A stretch of 64,000 bases of DNA, taken from Lama glama (Eukaryota). Every line of letters begins with the position of its first letter. Positions within the stretch are counted from its first letter, which is position 1. Both the position numbers and the translations under genes were made by a program. The notes under the pieces are model-generated. The model saw only the letters and a program-made list of their open reading frames with translations. It ran no database searches and had not been told where the DNA came from. This document shows, piece after piece, positions 39,481 through 51,578 of the stretch. The DNA is taken from contig CM052817.1 of NCBI GenBank assembly GCA_028534125.1, forward strand, positions 56,856,001-56,920,000, written 5' to 3'.

Positions 39481-40669
39481 TGTTGATAAAAACTCTGTCT
39501 CTATTTTACAACAGGATCAATAGAAGCCTTTTTGCTAATGGGAAGTAATGGAGAACAATTGTTGAATCAAACTGATCATTTATTGAATGTTTATACCTAT
39601 TAAATAATGTTAACTCTAGTAATTACCATTATTAGTATAGTAGTCAGAGTCTTGAAGATCTTTTTCTAGGACTATCCCTGCTGCATTTCTCTTCCTTTTA
39701 TCATGAGTTGGATTCAGCCCATCTGCTTCTCCCTTCTAACATTACTCTATTTTTATGATAAATTAAGTGATATGAAAATGGTTGGTTCAATATGTCCCAA
39801 CCCATCAATAAGTTGCTTACCAGGGAATGTGGCTCCTAAGGATCAAAAGCGTTAAAGTGGCTCCAAGAAAATTGGTTACACTAATGTTCAGCCCTAAATC
39901 TTGCGAACTGGCACCATGAGAATCAGCTACAATCCCCTTTCTGCTTTCTAAAGGAAAAAGTTTCTGAGCTCAGGTTATTGGATTCAGGCAAGCTAACATC
40001 TAGTCAGTCTTTTTCTCTATCTTATTCATATTAACTATATATTATCTAATAACTGTAGCTGACCTTCCTCCTTCTACCCCCTGTCCAGACCTGAATCAGG
40101 GGCATTATTTGATTTTGATATTATCGATATTTATGCACAGAAATATGCTCTTACACTAAAGAGTCTACCAATATAAATTAGTAATTTTAATTTGATCAAA
40201 ACCAGACCCCCCAAAATTGATTTTAACTAATTAACAACTTTCAGTTCAAATAGATATTAGGAACTGATTAAACACTAAGTTATTATCAATGTGGAGGAAA
40301 AATAAATTGTACATTTTAAATTTAAAAACAGTTGTGTTTTAATTAATTCCTTTTTGATCTCAAGAGAAGTGGTGAGTTTTAAAATTACTTTTCATTTTTT
40401 TTAATCACCACAACTTTTTGTCATTACTAAGGCCCTCCCATTCGGGGTCAATTCTTAGTAAGATTTCTGCATGTAAACATTAACATTTTGAGTAAAGTTG
40501 CTTTAAATGATTTTGCCTTTTGATTTTTACACATAGCTCTTAAATATAAAGATTTTCTACCTGCACTCTGGAGAAATACTTTCTACAACTATCAAATTTA
40601 GTTTTTAAACTGTACTTTTAATATATCATTTCAAAAAAGCTGGTGAAATATACACGTAGTTTTTAAAAT

Positions 40670-40905
40670 CAAAGACTGTGTCAAATTGTGTGGATTTAAA
40701 TACTGTCTTCACCATTTATTAGATCTTTGATCTTGGGTAGGTAATTTAGTATTTCTACGTTCCAGTTTCCTAAAATGAAAAATGAGGATAACAATAAAAA
40801 CCATGTCTTAGGTTGGTATGAGAATTAAAGGAGTTGTTATACATAAAGCACTTGGAATTTTGCTAGCACAAAATAAACGTGCAATAGATGTTAGCTATTA
40901 TTACT
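40670..40905 (+). mobile_element. MIR SINE
   Basis: tgatcttgggtaggtaatttag...cagtttcct...aaaatgagg...taaagcacttgga...gttagctattatt. Confidence 0.7.
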
Positions 40906-41699
40906 ATCAGCTTTGTTCCAGATATGGACAGATATCAGATATAGTGAAATGCAAAGAATAGGTGCCTTGAAGTCAAAACTACTCAGATTCAAATACTGGA
41001 ATGTGAAGGAGATGTAAAATCTGTGTGCTTAAATTCGGATCTGAATAGTAATATTTATATGGGAGAATTCCTACTGCCAAAACCACCTCTGCGTGGCAAG
41101 TGTTAGAAAAGCTAAAAAAATATATATATATCCTCTGCTTAAAAAGATATCTCTTCTTATCATAGATATTTCAAGATCCCTACTGAACTTTGCACACACA
41201 AACCTTTTGTAAATGTCTACAATGATACCTGCACACATCTGCTTTATTTTTTTTTTCTTAGAGTAACACTAACTCCCCTTGTCCACTCATATTTAAACCT
41301 TCATACCAAAAGTTTCCACTTAAAAGTCATGCTCTTCTTTCAGAAAAGAAAAAGGGATTTTATCTTTCACAATACAAGTATCTTGTAAAGTTGAGTTGCT
41401 GTCCTTATTGTTTACCTTTTCTAAGCCAAATGTGTATTTTATAGCTGAAATGAAGATGAATCTTGTGACCTCTGTGCCCAAGCTCACAACTGTACCATAA
41501 CAAAACCCTCTGACAGTTCTGCATACTCAGCTCTCTTGGATGTGGTTGTAGAGGTAATTTTGTGTCTTGGTTGGGTCCCCTGACCTGAGACAAGGACTAA
41601 GTGCATTCAGGTTATTTGGGAGGTGCAGAAATGCAAGCAGAGAAGTAAAGAGGTAATGTGGAGTTGCAAGGGACAGTGGAAAGAGGTGTATTAAGCCCT

Positions 41700-42110
41700 A
41701 GAACCAAAACCTTGAGAATCAGGAGCACTGATGTCACATGAGTAGTTAGTCCCAGGAGGTCACTGAGGAGTCAACTCTACATTACAACCAGGCACAGTTT
41801 CATAGTCTGCATCTACATCCAAAGGGGGAGCAAGGTAGAAAGTCACTGTCATGAAGGCAGAAGATGGATGTCTCAGCTCAAACAGAATGAACAAATTTAT
41901 TCTTCTCCCATCTTTTTGTTCTATTCAGGCCCTCAGCAGACTGAATGATGCTCACTTGCATTGGGGAGGGCAATCCACTTTACTCGGTCAAACAACTCAA
42001 ATACTAATCTCTTCTGGACACACCCTCACAAATACACCCAGAAATAATATTTTAACAGCTATCCCAGCATCCCTTAGCTCAGTCAAACTGACACATAAAA
42101 TTAACCATTA
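41700..42110 (-). mobile_element. MLT2B-like ERVL LTR (partial)
   Basis: agaagatggatgtctcagctca...tgttctattcaggccctca...cacccagaaataat...cagtcaaactgacacataaaattaaccat. Confidence 0.8.
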
Positions 42111-42129
42111 TAAGGGAGAAATTACAAAT

Positions 42130-42680
42130 TGTAGTGGAATGGTTCCATCATGGTGCTATAGTGACTTTGGATGTTTCCATTAGGCAAGGCTCAACTACAG
42201 TCTAATCCAAGTCTTTGTGGAACATACTATGATCTACTCTAGAACATGACAAGATAAGAAGTCTTTTGAGAAGCTGTCACAAGACCACTTTTCATCCATG
42301 TCCCTCTCTTGCAGGAGGGACACTACCTTATGGAAGGCCGTTATGAAGCAGTTTCTCATCTGCCTCACTGGTTCTAGTGAAACATGGGAATTTCTAACTT
42401 GCTCTTTCTTTGGGTACAACTGTAGACTACACAACTGCTTGGGTGCAATTTAGAGATGGCTTCTCAATGACATTGTGACTCACTACTTGTGTGGTCTGTC
42501 ATCTGACCCCTCTGGTTCTAAATTGTCCTGTGACATCCTAGGATGTGGGGAGTCAACAACATGTTGATCTTTGCTTTTGCTGTCTGTGTAACAAACTCTT
42601 TAAATCCATGTGGGCTTATTTTCTCTTCACCAGTCAAATCTATGGAAGTTGGCAAGCCAACCTAGCAGCTACCACCACAC
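42130..42680 (+). mobile_element. LTR41/LTR40-like ERVL solo LTR
   Basis: Starts tgtagtggaatggt; ends ...atctatggaagttggcaagccaacctagcagctaccaccaca. Confidence 0.5.
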
Positions 42681-44899
42681 TGCTGCCGAGAGATTGCTGG
42701 ACTGCTTGATGCAAAGGCAGCTGCCACAATGGGAAACTAAAGCTTTATATCTGGGAAGTGGTATAAAATGCATGTCTCAGAGTTATCTTGGTCAAGGGAT
42801 GAAGGTGAGCTAGAATATTTATACCCTCACACCCATGTTATTGATTAAGGGCTGTCTTGGAGTGACATTAATGATCAGGTGATTCTGGTATGTGGTCTGA
42901 GGCAGTAAACTGTGTTTCAGCAGTACAAAGACGTAGATGCTGGCCATTTTAAATCAAGTTTGCACACACAGATGTGGTAAAGGGATGCAAGAGACTATTG
43001 GCAGAGTACTGACCATGTTCAATCAATGGTCATGCCAAAAGGATATTGTATTATAGATAGAGTCTAGTGATGTCTACCTAAGAATATTAATATTAACCAT
43101 CTTTTCAAAGAAGAGATAACTTAAATAGTCTCACCTACCCCATCACTTTCTATCCTTTTACTTTCATTTTTCCTGTAGTATGAGTTTATATGTCTGTCAT
43201 CTTTTCCCTTCACATAGCAGGGGCTTTGTCTAACTTCCTCACCACTGTATCTTCAGGGCCTAGGAAAGTGCCTATCACATTGTGGGCATGGACAACAATA
43301 AACGCATGAATGAATCAATTTATTTTTCAACATGTCTTTGGCTAAGATAATCCACAGCCTCTGTTAAGACTGTGTCATTAGAAAAGCCATTTATAATTGC
43401 TAGGTGATGACTCCTTATTCTAAGAAACTGCAGGGTAAGAACCAATATGTATTATATTCATGTTGTATCTCTAAGAGCCCCCAATAATAGAGTAATAGAC
43501 TCTTGCACATAGTAGGCTTTACATACTATTCAATCTATTGAACTGTTTCTTATAAAAATACATTATTCCCTTTCATTTGTATGACTATTGGTGTTTTTAA
43601 ACCCTTCTACTTTATCTCATCTATTTCTCTCTATTGGTAGGTGTTATAATTCCAATTTTGCATATGAGGAAGAATATTATTTTCAAGAAAATTGAATGAG
43701 TTTTTCCAATGATGCAACTCCTAACCATTTATTTAGCACATGTATACTGATGTCTACTGTAAGCCCAACACCATCCTAGACTCAGGGAACAAAAGCATAA
43801 AGTCCCTAAATGGAAAGAATTCACATTCCAGTAGAAGAGTTCTACAAAATCATTTCCAATGGATGAAAACCCCAGGTGGCAAACCAGTCTGATTCTGATC
43901 CTGATATTGCTGTCTTCCAGTTCTGCCCCTCATCCTGAGCAAACTACTGACCCTTTCTGGGCTGCCATTTCCCTAGTACTTTAAGAGGTACACAGGAATA
44001 CTATGAAATTTATGAGTTAGTTATAAAGATTAAATGAGCCACATAGAACCATACCTGGAATATAGTAAGTGCTTAATAAATATCAATTGCTACTATAAAT
44101 GCGTTTTGAAAGAGATGTTCCAGGTGAAGTAGATGAACAACTAACTATAGCCCCAGAATAAGGTAAATCAACTTTCCTTTTGTTTTCCAACATGGAAGCT
44201 AAGTTGGAGGTAAAGTCTGAAGAAGATCAAGAACTAAGCCAGAGAAGAAGACATGATGAGAGGACCTGAACTAAAATAACAATTCATGTAGCAGATGAAA
44301 ACAGATTTGGTGATGAGTTGCACAGGTGAGATAAGGAGAGAGAAAAATAAACGATGATGAGATTTGGGGCTGGGTCAGTCTTCTAATGGTGGAATATTTA
44401 CAAATATAATGAATATTTATGAAAAATGAGGTTTGGAAAGAATGCAGGAAAAGATGAGGATAGGTGCAGTTTTAGACAAGGTCTGGTGCTCTTTCTACTA
44501 TACTTTGCTACCTGAAAAAGTGTGAATTTGTTAAAATTTGATTCTAAATGAAAGAAGACAATATAAGCATAGATACAAAGTGTAACAGAGTTTGTAAGGG
44601 CAAAAGCTGACTTCAAAATGAAGAGCAAAAAGAATTCCGTTGCCAGGGTCTGAAGAATCCTTTAATGTCATGAATCCAGTGCCAGTGCCCAAGTAAACTT
44701 TCACCAAATCTGACCACATACACATATACACACACAAATACATTCACAAATTATGTGCACATAAGTGCAATGCATTTGATTTTAACAAACATTGAAAATG
44801 CTCTGCCCTTCTTAATTACTCAATAAATATTTCATTTGATGTATTTGATGGTGATCTGCCCATATGATGTTTCATTCCTTCATCAGAAGGCTCCAAATA

Positions 44900-45500
44900 T
44901 AATTTTATTATGTCTTCGCTGCAGAGAAATTTAAAATCAGAATTTTTTATTTTGTGCTTGTCACATTTAATGATAATAATCACCTTCGATCCATCAAAGT
45001 AATTTCATATCCAAGTGAGAGACAGTTCTCTTAAAATTCTGATAAATTTGTTGTGATACAATTGCGTTGACTAAGCAATTAACAAGTAACAGAGCTGAGA
45101 TTGCAACCGTGGCATAAACAACAAAGCAATTTAAAGTGACAGAGCTGTCAGGTGAGTGAATCTCATTTGACAGTCTTACCCAGTTTTAATATCTTACTAT
45201 TTGTGTTCTGGGAATAATGTAAATGAAGCATGAGAATAGGTTTGTTGAAGAGGTTTTTTTGGCATACTTATTCATGTCATAGCTACTCATTATGCTGAAG
45301 AATTTTAAAAGGTTACAATGAAACGATGTTTACCTTGGCTTGTAGTTGTGAAAGTGTGTGTGTATAACATGCAAGCTAAGGTTCAGCTCCAGAACACAAG
45401 CTCACCTCTTTCAAAACGAGCTCTTAGGCTGTGGATGAATGTCATGATCTATGCATGATTTATTTAATACCATGGAGCCTATTTTTGCAATAAAAAAAGG
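44900..45500. promoter_or_regulatory. Candidate developmental enhancer or conserved noncoding element
   Basis: No recognisable repeat; clustered motifs ATCAAAG (44993), ATAAACA (45114), AACAAAG (45120), TGACAG-AG-CTGTCA (45137-45150), TGACAG (45168), TGATTTAT (45456), CAATAAAA (45488). Confidence 0.35.
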
Positions 45501-46445
45501 CTTCAGGTTTGACATTCATTTACTGAAAATATGAAAAACAACCTTACCCACTGATATGTGTCACAAAACTCACGGGAAAAAAATGCTTCCTCTTGGGTTG
45601 CATATAATGTACTCGCTGTACAGTTCATTCTAACTGCACTGTAGGTCTAGTTTTTTTTCCCCACTACGTATACATTCCCAGTTGCACACACACTTTGTCC
45701 TCAAGCAACTGTGTTTCCAAACATAATTCTAGACAAACTAAAAACAGCTTTAACTTCCACTCTGCCAAAAGAGAAGATGAGGACTTGTAAGTAAAGATGA
45801 CATCAATATAAAAATTTCTGCAGACAAGAAAATGCAAGCATGTTGATTTTCCCTTCTGTTCCTAAAATCATAAATGGATGACTCCATTGAGTCATTTCCC
45901 AAGGGGCAGGAGCATGTCTACTACAACCATTGGTCACATAGGTATAACTCATCTCCAAAGAAGAGGAGCCAATGATTGGCATGTGTTTCAGATATAAGTC
46001 TGTGCAACCAAGTACCTTCTCCTGAATTCCTGATTTTAAGAAGTAGTCAGTAATATTTATTAGGCACTTAGGAAGAAACTGGGAGAAAGTATAAAAAGGG
46101 AGGAACAAGGCCAAAGAAATGAGCCATTTTTTTCTGCCTGGGAAGTTGCTTGTCCCCTGGGTGTGTAAGGAAAATCCATAGGAGTTTCAAGTAATACAGT
46201 TTAGTAGCTCTTCTTTTAGGAATCATAATCCTAGGAGCCACATTTTGGTGACGGAATAAGTGGGCCACTTCTGTTATTCATTACGAAAGATGCTTTGTTT
46301 CTGTGAGTTTATATCTACTATTTGATAAATGTCTAGACTCCTCAAATAAAAATATTAAAATTGTAATAGTCTTTAATTTAGAAATTTAAAGAATCTCCAA
46401 GGCAGAGTTAGTCAGTCTCCATGATTTACAATATATGTCACTTAC

Positions 46446-46625
46446 CATATTTTGAAAATGCTTTTTCTTTCCCACAATGAAACAATAATATCCAACAAAA
46501 AGAAAATGGGGCTGTAAAAGTTCTTCTTCATCTGGTTTTATCACCAAAGTCTGTTTCCTCTGGAATAGCAATACTACAGGAGGATGGAACAATTCAGGTG
46601 AGTGAAGAAAGGCATATGTACCAAT
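46446..46625 (-). other. Candidate 180-bp internal exon (coding or lncRNA)
   Basis: Minus-strand acceptor ttttgactcttgtgttgcag|ATT and donor ATG|gtaagt; phase 0/0 with 60 stop-free codons; peptide not recognised. Confidence 0.35.
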
Positions 46626-48489
46626 CTGCAACACAAGAGTCAAAATTTTGGACATTGTAATGTGTTACCCCTCCTCAGAAAGCTGCAGAATAGAGCCTTC
46701 TTGCCAAAACAGATTCTGAGACTCCCAAGATAAACATGACCAGAATCCAGCAGATTTCCTGCAGATGATCCATAATGTTGTGTTGGGCTACAAATCATGA
46801 GCAAAAGCCCACAGACATTCATGCAAGCCCAGAAATGAATAAGGAAGAAGTTATAAATTGCCCTTTCTTCTCATGAAACAAACTCAGGTGTAAAAGGAAC
46901 CAGCTATGATGGGTAAGAATATTTACTGAAGTTATGGACATTTTGAGTACTAGATCATTCATCTGAAAATTCTGTCATACAGACAAATGAAAGGCTTCTA
47001 GAAATATCATAGCAAAGGCCAATGTGGTCCATATCCCGAAGCAGCCACAAAGATGTAGATTGTGAAACCCCTCTTAATACTGTCATCATTCTCTTTCATT
47101 TTGTCAGTGTCTAGGTAAGTGAGTGAACATACAAAGGAATATCCCATAATATTTAAATGTCTGTAAAGGAAATCTACTCTTCTGCCCAGCAAGTAACTTT
47201 ATTTGACTCTTCTTTCCTCAGTATCAATAGGTAAGCAATAAATGGCCATGGAATTGAACTGAATACACTGTCCCAAGGATTGCTTCAAGGTAACCATCTA
47301 CTGCTGCAAGCAGCTCAGTCTACTCCATGAGAAATTCCTCTTGTGAGAAATACTCCTGTTACCCTTTATATATAGTATGTGGTAATTGTATTGGTCAAGA
47401 GAAATACCCTCACTCTCCTGTAGGTATGATTACTACAACTTTGCTTAAATGACGAGAATGACAACCTCTAAGTGGGAGACTGAAACTCATTATTTTAATC
47501 AGTCAATGCAGCACAAAATTATCTATGATTCAGACTTCAGGCCATGCATAAACATTTTTAACAAATGTATTTTAATGAATAATAAGCAGAAATCAATTCA
47601 AGCAAGGACCTGAATAACAGATAGCAGAGCCTATTCTGAAGACAGCATCTTGGCAGCTTATGCTCAAAGACTGTTACTTGGCTGAGAATTCTTGTGACAA
47701 TTAAATCTGGAGGCTTTAGCACTAGTTCTTCACAGGGATCAACAGTGGTGGAAATACAAAGAGGGGAAATTAATCTTCAAATTAACTACTATTTAAGAAA
47801 AGTATTCAACGATCATCATGAGATTAGCATTTAGAGCAGAAAACTTGTTTCTAGGTGTCATGACCTTGCATATTTGGGTATTTAATGTTTTCTATGTGTC
47901 CTGGAGACTGTGCATGTATATTTAATGAACAAATAACACTGGTGAGACTGCCTGGAAAGTTGAGTGGTTGGTGAAGTTTGCCTTTACTTTCTCTTCTTTC
48001 CATCGTGACCAAACTTCTAAAGGTCTAAGGGCTCCCCAGGTGCTCATATCTAATAGTGTACGAGAAAATATCAAATGCATGATCTCACTCTTGTTAACAA
48101 TAAGGATTTAATAATTCTTTCTGGAGTTTTTCTTTTCCTTTCTTTTTTTAATGAACTCTTCAGGAAATGGAGTGAATTGTGAATGGTGGAATTTTATTCA
48201 TCATTCAGGCAGAAGGTTTGGTAGGTGAGTAATCTAAGGGTTCACAGGATGGGAGAACAGCTTCTGCTACTTTGTGTAGGATTTAATCCTAAATGCACAT
48301 TCTTCTTGGCTCAGATATTATCTAACAAAAACATTCTCTTAAAACCTGATTTCAAGCCCTTCTCTTAGTTATTGATGTGTTCAGCAACAAAGAATTAATA
48401 TGAATGTGGGCAGAAAAAAACATTTCATTCATCCTTTTTTTTAATTCTTTCAATAAATATTTGTGTCTGTTATGTTTGATGTTCTAGCT

Positions 48490-48702
48490 CAGTGGTTCTC
48501 AACAGGACTAATTTTAACCCCTAGGGAACAAAAAAGTCTGGATACACTTTTGGCTATCACAAATGAGAGGATGCTCATGGCATTCAGTGAGTAGAGACCA
48601 GGCTGATACTCTGCTAACCATCCTACAGTGTACAGGGTAGCCTCCCACAACAAGGATTTGGCCCACTCCAAATGTCAAAAGTGCTGCTACTGAGAAGCCC
48701 TC
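48490..48702 (+). mobile_element. MER20 hAT DNA transposon
   Basis: cagtggttctcaac...gtagagaccagg...catcctacagtgtacagg...ccaaatgtcaaaagtgc...tgagaagccct; degenerate 8-bp TSD ttctagct/ctctatct. Confidence 0.85.
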
Positions 48703-49519
48703 CTCTATCTAGACATATGATAGTAAACAGAACAAATAATTGTTTCTATATTTGTCTCCCATTATCACTATAATAAAATAATTTCAAAGATTATCTAGCT
48801 GCCACCTTTTACCCTATGGAAATTCAAAACTGCGAGGTATATTAATACTTGACTTAATAAACAGTTAAAGAAACTGACAGTTATTGACCACTTACTTTGA
48901 CCAAATGCTACACAATGTTACATACTACAAAGCATATTAATAGTACCTCTTTCAGTGCAGTGCATACGTTCCTTTCTCACTGGATCCACAATTTTCAGGT
49001 CATTACAGCACAGTCCTTAAGCAGAAGTTACAATCCCAGCATCCCTCAGCAGCAATAGTTCTTACATTTTTTTCTAACCTCATGGACTTATAGCATGACT
49101 CTAGCTATCATTTCTTCCAGCTACCTTCTACACAATTGTCGGCCAAATCCCTCCAAACTGTAAAGCTGTTTATGATGTCCTTCTTAATGTTAAAGGACTT
49201 CTATCAACCTTAATTATCTGCTAAGCTTTGCCCTCTATTTCTATGATCACTGCCTAGAAGGAAACCTGAAGTTCATACAACTTGCGTTTTAACATCCACT
49301 TCAATACATGCCCTTTGTTTCCTTGTAGGAGATACAGGGTGACTTCTACCAGTCACCTAGGTCAAATTCTTCACCGGAATATGAAATAAAGGGTAGGAAG
49401 GGAAGCCACAGGCAGCATGCATTCAACTTGAGAAACAGTAAAATTTTCATCAGCTGAAGGCTCTGAGAACATGTGAATAGACGATGAATGAGATGTCACT
49501 TCTGAAGAGATTTGGATGA

Positions 49520-49565
49520 CAGATAGATAGATAGACAGATAGATAGATAGATACAGACAGATAGA
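49520..49565. repeat. (GATA/GACA)n tetranucleotide repeat
   Basis: agatagatagatagacagatagatagatagatacagacagatag. Confidence 0.9.
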
Positions 49566-49569
49566 GTAC

Positions 49570-50580
49570 TTTAATGGATTGTTTTAATATTTGTGGAAGA
49601 TACGAATTTGTTAGGAATATTGAATGCATTGGATGGCACAGCCACAAAACAATCTTGATAGACTGGAGAGATCGGAGTAAATCTTACAACATGAAATTTC
49701 ACAGGGATAATAAAAAGGTTTTTTACTGGACTGTAACAGGATTAAGAGCATTACAGCAGAGTGGTTCAGAGCACAGACACTTGAACAGGGCTATAAGGGT
49801 TCAGATTCTGGCACCATCAATTTCACTTGTAAATAGCTGTGTGACTTTTGACAAGTCATTTGACCTCATTGTGACTTGTTCTCTTTATCTATAAAATAGG
49901 GTTAACTATAGTTTCAATTTCATAATTTTTTTAAGAATAAAATGAGTTAATGTATTAGAAAAGTGCCTGACATAAAGTGAGTGCTATGTAAGGGTAATGA
50001 TGGAGGGGCATGATTTCACTGCAGAAAATCTGCAGAAAAACATAATTAGGGAAGAAGAGGTTAGTCAAACTCAATTTGAGTTTTTAAAAATGATATTAAT
50101 ATTCAAAGTTAAAGAAATAAAAAGCCCCTGTGCATTATAGATGAATAGTAATTAGTTCAAGAAGAAGCAACAATCCTTTGCTGTTATTCAAACCACATCT
50201 GGAAGATTGGTTAAAGACAATATAAAGGACATATGAAGGAGAGAAAGCAAGAAAGAGAAACATTCAATACGGAATGATGGACTCAAAGGCAATAGGGAAG
50301 TTTGGCATTAAAAGAAGAATCTCACAGGAGATATGGAGGACATGCTGGCTGTCATCAAATATCCAAAGAGCTGTCATGTATAGAGTGGTTGAATTAGACC
50401 TATATTACCCCAATGGTTACAATTAGGAAGAAAAATGACAGAGAATCTAAATTTATTTTTAGATTTTTTAAAGTTTTCTTAAAGAACATTTCAGGGATGG
50501 AAAAGCTTACTTCAAAATGTACATATCTTTTCAGGAACTGTTCAAAAATAGAGTTCGTTAAGTAGGCAAATACCTTACTC
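49570..50580 (+). mobile_element. Ancient CR1/L3 LINE RT C-terminal relic, interrupted by a MIR
   Basis: Manual translation across frameshifts gives FVEDTNLLGILNALD / NLDRLER / NMKFHRDNKKV, resembling CR1 FADDTKLGG...DLDRLE.W...NMKFNRDKCKV; right boundary approximate. Confidence 0.65.
49748..49992 (+). mobile_element. MIR SINE
   Basis: gtggttcagagcacagac...gggttcagattctggc...tagctgtgtgacttttgacaagtcatttgacctc...aaagtgcctgacata. Confidence 0.75.
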
Positions 50581-50849
50581 ACTCTGGCTGGTAGGTCAAA
50601 GAGGTGGAGGGAGAGTTGGGGGTTGGGAAGGGAGGAATGGCCAGGAATGACAAAGCTTATGGAATGAAGGTCCCTGGAATGGAAACATCTCTATCCATAG
50701 CCATAAGCAAACCAGCAAAGCTGTAGGAAGGTAGTTCAAACAGTGTCAAAATCCTAATTAGCGAGGCTAACAGTGAAATAATCAATTCAGAAAATTGGTG
50801 ACCAAATCCAAAGGAGAATAATCTAAAAAGAAAGATAAGCTACTGGGGC

Positions 50850-51125
50850 CTCACCTCAGATGCCACCTCCTCAGAGAGGCCATTTTCTGACCACAGTATT
50901 GGTTACTCCTTGACAGACATTCTTTCTAGCATTACTATGTTTTGTTTTCGTTTGTTCATTTTCATTTATTCTCCCTAAGATATTTCCCCTCCTACAATGT
51001 AAGCTCCATGAGAGTAAGGACCTGCATCTGTTTTGTTTTCCACTATATGCCCAGCATCTAAAAGAGTGCCCAATATATAGTACACCCAGCAAGCAACTAT
51101 TCAAAAAGTAAACGGATGAATATCC
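50850..51125 (+). mobile_element. L2 3' end
   Basis: atgccacctcctcagagaggcc...tgtaagctccatgagagtaagga...cccagcatctaaaagagtgcc. Confidence 0.7.
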
Positions 51126-51389
51126 AGATTGACAAACAATTAAAGAACCAAGGCAGCCACAGGCAGTGGAGGTCACTGAGAGAACATGTTGATGCTCTTT
51201 CCAGAAATAACTACATAGCTAATGAGTGACCACCTGGTTCATATATTCAGGCCTAATGGTTTGGGGATAAGTGATGTGTCCTAGACAATTAAGGGTATTT
51301 GAGGAAATTGAGAGTAAAAAAAAAGTCTAAGGAAGTTTTAAACACTGGAAGTAGGGGAAGATATAGTGGACTACATCAAACCACTACAT

Positions 51390-51578
51390 CAGGGTTTTCA
51401 AAGGATCATCCCAGACCAGCAGCACCGGAATCACCTAGGAACTTGTTAGAATGCAAATCCTTAGCCTCCTAATTTAGACCTACTGAACCCAAAACTTCAA
51501 GGGTAAAGCCCAGCAACCCATATTTTAACAAATCTTCCATAGATTGTTGTCGTGCATGTCCCAGTGCGAAAACCACTG
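51390..51578 (+). mobile_element. MER5A hAT DNA transposon
   Basis: cagggttttcaaa...ccagaccagcagcaccggaatcacctaggaacttgttagaatgcaaat...tttaacaa...gaaaaccactg. Confidence 0.8.

Larger units (their letters stand above)
41563..43020 (-). mobile_element. LTR16-like ERVL LTR split by two later LTR insertions (pieces ~41563-41690 and ~42680-43020)
   Basis: tgtcttggttgggtcccc...ctgagacaagga...ttatttgggaggtg (3' end) and ctcagagttatc...gagctagaatatttata...gattaagggctg (5' part). Confidence 0.6.

Noticed and set aside
45149..45157. Consensus plus-strand splice donor CAG|GTGAGT (another at ~46595-46603)
   Set aside because: No matching strong upstream acceptor or open frame was found; isolated donors are common by chance.
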